Below are positions 54,225 to 64,000 of a stretch of DNA of 64,000 nt, piece after piece. The stretch is from Macrostomum lignano (taxonomy: Eukaryota), in NCBI GenBank assembly GCA_002269645.1, contig NIVC01002092.1, positions 124,001 through 188,000 of the forward strand. Reading direction: 5' to 3'. The notes under the pieces were generated by a model. That model was not told the origin of the DNA. It made no database searches and was given only the letters and a program-made list of their open reading frames with translations. How positions within the stretch are numbered: position 1 is the first letter of the stretch; every line of letters begins with the position of its first letter. A program made the translations under genes and the position numbers.

Positions 54225-54640
54225 ATCCTTAATCTATAGAAATCCCCAATCAGTAGAAATCCCCAATCAGTAGAAATCCCAAATCAGTAGAAATCCCAAA
54301 TCAGTAGAAACCCCAAATCAGTAGAAACCCCAAATCAGTAGAAATCCCAAATCAGTAGAAATCCCCAATCAGTAGAAATCCCCAACAATCAGAAATCCCC
54401 AATCGTTAGAAATCCCCAACAACTAGAAGTCCACAATCAGTAGAAATCCTCAATCAGTAGAAATCCCCAACTACCAGAAATTTCCAATCATTAGAAATCT
54501 CCAACAACCAGAAATCCCCAACAACTAGAAATCCACAATCAGTAGAAATCCCCAATCAGTAGAAATACTCAATCAGTAGAAATTCCTAACAACTAGTCTA
54601 GAAATCCACAATCATTAGAAATCCCCAATCAGTAAAAAAT
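54225..54640. repeat. 17-bp minisatellite agaaatccccaatcagt
   Basis: Read directly. Confidence 0.88.
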
Positions 54641-55356
54641 GCCAATAATTGGAAATCGCAAATCTGTGAATTGAAGAATCGCATTATTATATCTAATTAT
54701 TTGCTACCGATTTACTAATTCAAGTACTATTTTATAGCTAATTAATTGCGTTATTTTTCTTAAACTAGATAATTATATACCAATGTGCTTATTTGTCTAC
54801 TCTTAAAGTAGCTGGCAGTAGTAGATAGTATTCGTTTCTGTTGGCTCTTGCCATGAGTTTTTGTATTGTCTACATGTCGGTATTGTGTTGTATTAATTCG
54901 TATAGTCCCTCTGTGCGAACTTATCACGCAATCAGAAGTATTTTATTGATTTACTTTGTACTCAATAATTCAATATTTTATTGTCATTTCTTAACACTTC
55001 TTCAATTCCAAAAATGACATATCTACCGCTATACTATTGATAAGAATAACTTGAAGTCACTCGCAACAATGTGGTTATCTACATTTTTTCAGTAGTAAAA
55101 TTAGCGTTTTTTTGCCTTTTAGGCTCAACAATTGCCTTGGCTTTCTACAAGCAGACCCATTAAAGTTACATCTTCATCTCGTTTTACCGACTTTTCAGAC
55201 TGCCTCAGACTCGAAATTATTCAGAAAAAATTGAAGGAAAACTTCAAAACCCTAAATCCAGTGCGTGTGCGTAGCGATCAAGAGAAAAGGGGTGGCGCCC
55301 CAGCCCTAAGCCAGGCCGATAAACAGTTTGGCTTTATTCCCCTTGCCCGCTTATGT

Positions 55357-55583
55357 CTAACTTTGACCTCTCTCCTTACTGCTCTCTCATTGGCTGAGCA
55401 AGATTGGGCCTGTCCCTAGACTGAGTTTCGTCCGCCTAACTTTGACCTCTCTCCCTACTGCTCTCTCATTGGCTGAGCAAGATTGGGCCTGCCCCTAGAC
55501 TGAGTTTCGTCCGCCTAACTTTGACCTCTCTCCCTACTGCTCTCTCATTGGCTGAGCTAGATTGGGCATTGAGTTTCGTCCGT
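55357..55583. repeat. 79-bp tandem repeat x~3
   Basis: Units start at 55357, 55436 and 55515. Confidence 0.88.
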
Positions 55584-56400
55584 CTTGTGTTGTGTACATC
55601 ACAACGTCATCACATTCACTTGTGTACATCAAGTTAAATGCTTGTTCATTCTTAACCCCTTATGCTCATGAGGCCGCAAACTCCGATCCGAGTAAAAGGA
55701 AAGTAAATTTTAGCTGCCACATTAAATTTAAGTGACACAGTGTAGAAAAACTACTGAATAAAGAGTAGATACAACTTTTTCAACCTTTCATTGCGAGTAA
55801 CATCTCTAGTTACTCTGTCTGTGACGTGGACTGTATTATACTATACAATAAAGCGACATTAGTAATGCTAATTGTGTTTGCAAATTTTATCATGTTAATA
55901 CTTTAAACTTTTGAATTGCCTTTTTTCTTCTAAAACTTTTACAAGAAGTTTTGCTAAGCCTCTTTATTTCGAATACCAAATAATTTATGATTATTAAGAT
56001 TAATCGTATTATACTATACGGTTTTTTCTTTTTCTAGGTAAGGGAGACTTAATAACAATTTAATTTTTTCTAAGCGTAAAGCTCAATTAGCCCTTATTGT
56101 CAGGAGTAAACTGTACAATTGTACTCATTAACCCTGCTGAAGCAAAAAATAGCAACAAAAAATTAAAGCTAAAAAGACAGCCAGCCTTCTCCGAGTTGAC
56201 AATTCACGGCCAGCTGTATTTCTAGCGCTCATATTTAGTCTGTATATTTAGTTTGATAGATGAAGCTGCTGCACTGGTCCGTTGAAATTCAGACAGTCTT
56301 TGTCGAGCTTCCAGGCAACAGGAATGATCCGTGAGAAAGGTCAGTTAAAGGTCACTTGAAGCCTTGGGGGGGACTTAGATTCGGTCTCTGTGTTTTCACC

Positions 56401-56940
56401 TTATTTGCCCCAGCCAGGGGCGGGAGCGCGCTTACCCCATCCGGGAGCGCGCTTACCCCATCCGGGAGCGCGCTTACCCCATCCGGGAGCGCGCTTACCC
56501 CATCCGGGAGCGCGCTTACCCCATCCGGGAGCGCGCTTACCCCATCCGGGAGCGCGCTTACCCCATCCGGGAGCGCGCTTACCCCATCCGGGAGCGCGCT
56601 TACCCCATCCGGGAGCGCGCTTACCCCATCCGGGAGCGCGCTTACCCCATCCGGGAGCGCGCTTACCCCATCCGGGAGCGCGCTTACCCCATCCGGGAGC
56701 GCGCTTGCCCCAACCGGGAGCGCGCTTACCCCAACCGGGAGCGCGCTTATCCCAGTAGGCAGCATCGCTATCATCCTCAACGGCATCATCGTCGTCCATC
56801 GACTTGTCGGCTATCATGGATTCCAAGTCGTCGTCGAGTTTGCGTTCTCGATCTGGGTTCTCGGCGCCAGCAGCTGCAACAATGACAGCGACCGCGACAA
56901 TCAGCAATAGCAGCAATCGACTGGTTGCAAAGGCCGTCAT
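56401..56940 (-). CDS. APGWamide neuropeptide precursor, 179 aa
   Basis: Signal peptide MTAFATSRLLLLLIVAVAVIVAAAGA, an acidic spacer, then KR-(APGWGKR)x15-APAPGWGK-stop. A 5'UTR intron 56944-57066 (gtgaga...cttcag) ends 3 nt before the ATG, so the ORF-track start at 57006 is intronic. Confidence 0.93.
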   Translation of the reverse strand: MTAFATSRLLLLLIVAVAVIVAAAGAENPDRERKLDDDLESMIADKSMDDDDAVEDDSDAAYWDKRAPGWGKRAPGWGKRAPGWGKRAPGWGKRAPGWGKRAPGWGKRAPGWGKRAPGWGKRAPGWGKRAPGWGKRAPGWGKRAPGWGKRAPGWGKRAPGWGKRAPGWGKRAPAPGWGK

Positions 56941-57194
56941 TGTCTGAAGCACAACTCTTCCTTTACTTGTGCTTGTATTGTTTGCTGCAACAAGGTATAA
57001 AAACAAACTTTTACTATTTCAGTCGCAGCAAGAATAAGTTTTCTCAAAATAGACTTAGACTCTCACCTTTCCTAATTTACTTGCGGCAGAGCAGATTCGG
57101 GTTGATGAGAGTTCTTGGCCGCTGTTCACTGAATGCCGGGGCTTTCAAGTCTGCAGTGTAGCGTGGGGAGAACAGTTGGTGAAATGCTCCAGCT

Positions 57195-57202
57195 TATTTA
57201 TA
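57195..57202 (-). promoter_or_regulatory. TATA box of the APGWamide gene
   Basis: TATAAATA on the minus strand, ~130 nt upstream of the 5'UTR exon donor at 57067. Confidence 0.5.
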
Positions 57203-59917
57203 CTGGAAAGAGGGAGAGTTTCTTTGGAACTCAGCGTCGGAACTCGGATTCATCTGTTTCGAACCAGACTGTGTGTCGCCTGTCAGAGCGGCTTGGCTTT
57301 AATCTTCATCTCGTTCCTGTTCTGTCAGCGGGGGTCCTTACTCTTGGGATTTTGCGCGCCTTGCTTATCCTCTTATAGTCCCTTTAAGATTCCTGCAGCC
57401 AATTCTGAAACATTTTCCGAGATTAAAAACGCCAAAAAGCAGATTAAGGATTAACAAACATGACTTTATGGGGAGTTTATTTAGTCATGATTAAACTCCC
57501 AACTCAAATTTGGCTGACAAATACCTGCCAAGGTTGTCGGATCAGTTTGACGTGCTGACCTCACCTACCGGCTAAGCCAGTGTCGCATGGAGCATGGAGC
57601 TGATGAATGTCTCTTCTTTTTTGGGCGCTAGTTCTTATCTAATCAAAGCATTGGCAAACTTGTCTCCTAAATTTAATGTTGGATTCATCCATGGCTGCCG
57701 CGCGTTTTAACACCGGATAGTTCTGTCTACGGATTTGAGTGCGGGACGTCTGTTCCTGCATCGCACAGCTTCCTTCACCCCGTTTAGGCGCAACTGCAAA
57801 ACTCCGATACTATCGGCGATTCCTTTTGGATAATCGGAGCACTTTTTTGGCAGTATCGAACATCGGTATACTTTCGATATAATTTTTCATTTTTTTACCG
57901 ATGAGTCAGATAATGCGTTAAATTAAAAAGTTAACAGATGTTTTGTACGCGGTAAAAAGTTATTATGAAACAAGAAGGCATATTATTAAAATATTGGTAA
58001 CATTATTACTGCCAGTGTCATTGACTCATTAAATTATCATTACAAAACCCTATGTATTTATCAATTATCATATTTCATGCTACAAGCTCTGCAACACTGT
58101 ATGATTATCGAGAGGTCACGCTTCACACACAACTGCCATGGCGTCGAGGCCGGTAGGCCGAGACGCGGTAAGGCAGTTGTGTGTGAAGCGTATCTCGATA
58201 GTGGAATTGTGTCTATTTTCGACCAAAAACCAATTCAAAACGGCTAGGATACAACTTCCCAGACGGGAATTGTTCACTAATCGATTCAAGGGATTTGTGT
58301 CATAGGCATTTTCCACTTGGCGCAAGCCAAATGATGGCCATAGACTAAACGTCTGGAACAAAAAGTTCAGCGGAGCAGCCTGAAATTATCATAGACGAAA
58401 CATGTTAAATAAAGTTATGGTCTTATAAGCTGGAACCCTGCAGCAGAGGATACATGTTTCTGTTTCCTCCGTTTGCCCTAACCTCTATTTATGCCACTCA
58501 TACGAATGATAAATTGGTCGAATTTGCCGATTGAAAGCGTTGACGGCTTGAATGGAAATGAGGTCAACTTTCTCAGCGACTTGAGTATGGGTGGACGTGA
58601 CGAGGCGGATGGCGAAGAGTTGATGGAGTTCATCCGATTCATTGAATGCGGTAACGATGATGCTCTGCCACCACTGCCAAGCAAAGAAGAGGCTTGCCCC
58701 GAGGATTCCATGCAGAACAAACCATGCAATTCGGCCGATGTGTGTAACGTCTAAAGACATTTCTTATTATTTTTTTTTCGTACATTTATACAATCTGTTT
58801 ATTCAGCTTTGTTGTATTGAATAAAAAATATCCTCGCAAACGCATTGATACAGGAATATACAGATTGCTCATCTGCAAATGGGTATATCCAAATATAACC
58901 CGTTGGGAATATCCAAAGATGGGGACGGCTTGACCATAGACAATCCGCAGATAAGCAATCTGTTGTATTCCTGTTTCGATGCCTGAAAGGCGCGCAAAAA
59001 TTTACTTAGTTCACAATTTCCGTCGACGCAATCGTTTGTGGCCCAAACGAAACTAGACACAATGTCAGTCACTGATTGTAGATTGATTCTAAATGTTTTT
59101 TATTATCATACGAGAAAATTCTTTGAGTCCTTGAGCACGAGCATTTGCTTCAACTTGAGAATATTCTCCAAGTGCGAGCAAATCCTCAGCCACTTTAAAC
59201 CATAGACAAGACGTCTTCCCACTTGATTCCATTGACCTTTGCAGGCATCTGAAGCTTATACACCAATTATAGACTGGCTTGTGAGAAGGGAAACAGAAAG
59301 AGAAAGAAAAAGCAAGGCATTTCTTACAAGAATGGAAACGCAGTGACTTTTACCGGCTGAGTCAGCTTTACTGACTGACACTTTTACTGACTTTTACGAG
59401 CTACCTCACTTTTTCTTGAGCAAATCTAGCTTCGCAATTTAGTTTATGGTGCGGTTTTTATTCATACTAGCAGAAGTAAATGCCCAGACGTTGAGAATAT
59501 TGAGCAACAGCTCAGGAGCAAGAACTCCTGAACGAATGCTCATGAGCTCTTGCTCACTTTATTCATGCAGACCAGAGTCGATGCTTGAGCTTGAGCAACT
59601 GCTCACTTTATTCATACGGCCTATTGTCTCTGCAAAATGCTTATTATCAGTTACTTTTATTCACAAAATCTTTCACTCTGGAGTGCTGGTGTGCAAAAGC
59701 GCCCCGCCCCTTTGATTAGCGCCCCCTTGACCCCGCTGTCTTCTGACTTTGCCATAGACATTTTCAGCGGGCCGTGAAACCGACTGAATACATTGGAGTA
59801 AATGGGATTTTACCATAGACAGTCTCAGCGGGCCGTGCTTCGCGCCTCGGCATTATAGATCGTTTCTGCCCTTTGCAGCCCATCAACATTGGTATACGGC
59901 ACCTTCTAGCCATTTTG

Positions 59918-60086
59918 GTTTGGGCCATAGACTACTTTGACTAGGCAAAGCCACGGTCTCCGTGTCAACTTTTGAAAGCCCCAATAGGAAAATTGACTGC
60001 AAAAAGCGTTAATCTACACATATGAAGGTTCAAGCTTGATTCATAGGCTCTTTCTTTACCAGTGAAATGGCTGTCTATGGCCAAAC
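59918..60086. mobile_element. Short MITE-like inverted repeat
   Basis: ggtttgggccatagac ... gtctatggccaaacc. Confidence 0.35.
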
Positions 60087-60714
60087 CTCGCTAAGAAATG
60101 AAGCCTGAGAACTCGAAACGAGGTCAATCAACCAATTCACAGGCCTGAAAACGAGGCCAGTAAACTTTGCTTTGTTTAAACAAATTCGATAGGTAACAAA
60201 CTCAGTAACGGAAATCGGCGAATCATATTACATTGTCCATTCGGTTAATTGTACATAAGGTAACCCGAAGGTCACTCCGTTAACACCGTCTCACCGTTGA
60301 CCGTCATACTCTTCTTCTTAGCGGGAACACTGATCTTCTCAGACTCGGGATTCAATGTAGGCTCAATGGATGCCACGGGTCCAGGCTCAATGGACTGCGC
60401 CCATCCATACCCCCACTTATGTGGGGCTTCCGATATCAAGGACGACTCAGGTATAAGGACGGGAAACCTCGTTTCTTGGAAACTTTAGGAGCCAGGTTTT
60501 CCGAAAGAATACACTACGGAGATAGGAAGTTTTCATTTTTCAGCACAAAAATTGTTATTGCTTTCGATGGGAGGCGGATCCAGTGTTCTTCTTTTGATAT
60601 TTTGTGCCGTTCTTACAGCTCTATTCATATTCATAAATTTTTTTGTTCAGAAAATTAGGATTCCATGTTAATTATTTATTCTACGTACATTCCCTGCGCC
60701 TAAAAACCATTAAA

Positions 60715-60843
60715 ATGGCACGGCTCGGTTCATTGGTTTTACGTATTTTCTCGTATTTTATCATTCTAAGCTGACTGTGTAACAATATGTGTAACAGAGA
60801 TCATAAAATAGATTCATAAAACCAATGAGCCGAGCTGTGCCAT
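60715..60843. mobile_element. 129-bp MITE
   Basis: 27-bp TIRs matching at 25/27: atggcacggctcggttcattggtttta / taaaaccaatgagccgagctgtgccat. Confidence 0.6.
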
Positions 60844-61341
60844 GCATTTGAAAAGCTAATCGAATTGGGGTATCGGAATATCGCATTCAACCGATACTTT
60901 CATGTATCGCGTCTAACATTTATTTCTATTTCGGAGAATTGAAGCCCAATTGTTTTGTCAATGTGGATATTAAAATTTAACCACATTCAAAGTTCCGAAG
61001 CTACGTCTACTGACAATATTTTTTGCTAGTAATTATGTTTAACAGTATAAACTCTCAGCTCAGCTAACGCAGTAGTAAATAGTAGCTATTCTCATAAGAA
61101 CCAACGCAATCTTAAAGATTCCTCATAAAAGATGGTTGACATGCGGTTATTTTAAGAAACAATAAATAGTCATGCCCCAGGTCTCATTGCGCCGACCTGC
61201 GGAAACCTGATGCGGGCTCGGCGTCGAAAGTTATTAGGGGGTCCGACTGAGTGCAAATTCAACTGTCCAGTTTATTTGTTTAACACGACACATCTGTCAT
61301 TTCTAATGCTGGTTCACGGTAGCGCAGATATTGCGTCTCTC

Positions 61342-62344
61342 TCAGGCGTTGTCAAACTCGACGCCCGCTTGGTCTCCGGAGGTGGTCGGTTCCGCAAAAA
61401 TGGGACGAATCTCCCATTGGGAATAGCCGGCGTAGTCTGCGGCCGGTTCGCCGCCGTACCGCCGCTTGCCCCAGCCGATGGAACGGTGCGGCCGCTGCCG
61501 ATGATGAAGCCGCTCGAGATGCTGGGCGACGGACCGGATAGTCACCGGAGTGCCTGAAGTTCAGAGACGCTCAGAGGTTGGCCTGTTCGACTCACAGCGC
61601 GTTGTGCCTGCCTGCAGTCAAAGTGCCCCCCCCGAGTTCCAATTCGTGCGCAGCTACATTGATTTGGAGCTCGTGCATGAAAACTCTCATTTAAATGAAG
61701 ACCAATCGACAAGGCACAGAGAGTGAAATACGCGGGGGGCTACTGTGCTAGTCCATATACTAAAATACACAGGGGGCTACTGTGCTAGTCCATATACTAA
61801 AATACACAGGGGGCTACTGTGCTAGTCCATATACTAAAATACACAGGGGGCTACTGTGCTAGTCCATATACTAAAATACACAGGGGGCTACTGTGCTAGT
61901 CCATATACTAAAATACACAGGGGGCTACTGTGCTAGTCCATATACTAAAATACACAGGGGGCTACTGTGCTAGTCCATATACTAAAATACACAGGGTGCT
62001 ACTGTGCTAGTCCATATACTAAAATACACAGGGGGCTACTGTACTAGTCCATATACTAAAATACACAGGGGGCTACTGTGCTAGTCATTATACTAAAATA
62101 CACAGGGGGCTACTGTGCTAGTCCATATACTAAAATACACAGGGGGGGGCTATACAGGCTTGATGATGAAGTAGTCAGGGTGGCTGTACACCCTGTGTGA
62201 GCGTGTGCCTGTGTGCTTTTCCATGTGCATGCTCCCTGTGGTAATTTTTTTTATTCAACCGAAAGAATACTCACCTTCGCAGTCGGCGGCCAGAGCCAGG
62301 ACCGCTGCACATGACAGCAGCAGGAGGAGACTGATCTTCGACAT
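61342..62344 (-). CDS. Putative secreted neuropeptide precursor, 97 aa (C-x5-C ... SIGWamide); exons 62275-62344, 61596-61607, 61342-61553
   Basis: MSKISLLLLLSCAAVLALA-ADCEG|TTRC|TPVTIRSVAQHLERLHHRQRPHRSIGW-G-KRR-YGGEPAADYAGYSQWEIRPIFAEPTTSGDQAGVEFDNA*. Both donors are gtgagt, acceptors are gcag and cttcag, all phase 1. AATAAA at 61271-61276. Confidence 0.78.
61727..62150. repeat. 37-bp minisatellite acacagggggctactgtgctagtccatatactaaaat
   Basis: About 11 copies in intron 1 of the new neuropeptide gene. Confidence 0.92.
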
Positions 62345-62984
62345 CGTTCCGGTCACTCAGAGAAGCTTTCAGGAGCGGTTACGGACTGTTGAAGGAGGTC
62401 GAACACCTTCGATATTTCTGATAAGCTCTGGCGCGAACCGATTACGACCCGAGCGAGTTTTATCCCAATTTATCCCCGACACGAGACCGGAAATTGGGAT
62501 GATGAGGCGCGGCAAGTTGCAGCGGCCCCTGTGCGGGTCCGGGATCTGGTTCATCATCCTGGAGTTAACTAACTGGGAGATGAGCGCATCGCTCTCACCT
62601 TATCCCCGGCTCCCTGCGCGTCTCAGTCGGGCACGCGAAAAACCTGGCAGTGTAAAAACAGCTACATAAATTACCTGCTCAGCTCTCACTTTCCGAAACA
62701 ATTTCTAGCTTAAAGTAATTTTTCATCGGCTAGTAGCGGAGTTTGCTATTCCGGTTGCCGAGGAGGGGCGTATGTCTCTTTGTTGTCATTAAGGCTGTAA
62801 TTTGTCAATGTGCTACATGCAGTGTTAACTAATGGAACAGGAGCCTTTTCAATTTCATGGTGTTGTGCCGGTCTCAGTGTAGCTGTTCACGATCCAGCTC
62901 ATTAAATTGTTGCAGAAACTCCCATCATTTAGAGTTTCCAACGCGCAGGACATCAATGGGACATTGACTTGGATTTGTTGACAC

Positions 62985-63470
<486 letters not shown>

Positions 63471-64000
63471 CAGACCATGGTCTATCCTATCGTTCTAATC
63501 ACTAGCTTTTCTCTCAACCCCTCCTTCACTCCCCTGTTTCCTTAATTAACCACGTGAATACCCTCGTAAAGCAATTAGCCTAGCCGAGCAGCAGGTGTTC
63601 TAAAATTAGCATCAGCAGCGCGGGGCAGAAGTTGCCATTCTTCACAATACTAGCTGATGCTTGATTATTTAAATTTTACCGCCACGTAATTGATTTTAAA
63701 TCGGTAAGAAAATGGGGTTGCAATCATGTGTTTGGTTAAATAAATTCAGCAGTTATTATTTAAATTATTCTTATTCCTAAGCACATCTGCAAAACAGAAG
63801 GAATTTTGGCTGTTTCTAAAAATGAATTTTACTCTCTCTCGAGAGAACTTTGTTATCAGAATGCAATGATTACATTTCTGATAGCTAATGACGTAGGCAA
63901 GTTCATAGTGCCTTTCTAATTATATTCCACCATATACCTTACTAACTGGGTGGGTCCAGAAGTCCTGGGAGGCTTGGTGGTATTAAACTGCCTGTAGATC

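Noticed and set aside
55652-56120. piggyBac-like TTAACCC left ends
   Set aside because: No matching right TIR or TTAA could be found.
59090-59250. Minus-strand GQWNQVGRRL (death-domain-like) and SGKTS (P-loop-like) snippets
   Set aside because: Too short, in different frames, and the motifs are incomplete.

Overview
Eukaryotic (animal, probably spiralian invertebrate) genomic DNA. Exons are GC-rich, genes are intron-poor, and introns are either tiny (42-46 nt) or swollen by micro/minisatellites. A Macrostomum-like flatworm is my guess, but it is only an inference. Hand-spliced gene models: TMTC3-like O-mannosyltransferase (minus, 5 exons, 8755-15730); PTPN9/PTP-MEG2 (minus, 4 coding exons, 26011-41560); TTLL10-like glycylase (minus, 5 exons including a 13-nt microexon, 43202-48597); SOAT/ACAT (plus, 4 exons, 50762-54159); an APGWamide precursor with 16 copies (minus, 56401-56940). 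The main novelty is a second spliced neuropeptide precursor that the ORF track shows only as a fragment (minus, 61342-62344). It has a signal peptide, a 12-nt microexon that completes a C-x5-C ring, and a ~35-aa peptide ending QRPHRSIGW-G-KRR, combining calcitonin-like and GnRH/corazonin-like traits. It lies ~4.4 kb upstream of the APGWamide gene on the same strand. Mobile DNA includes a solo LTR with a 5-bp TSD, a TTAA-flanked piggyBac derivative, a tRNA/CORE SINE, LINE and Gypsy fragments, and several MITEs. No gene could be supported in 1-8700. All splice models were read by eye and need RNA-seq confirmation.
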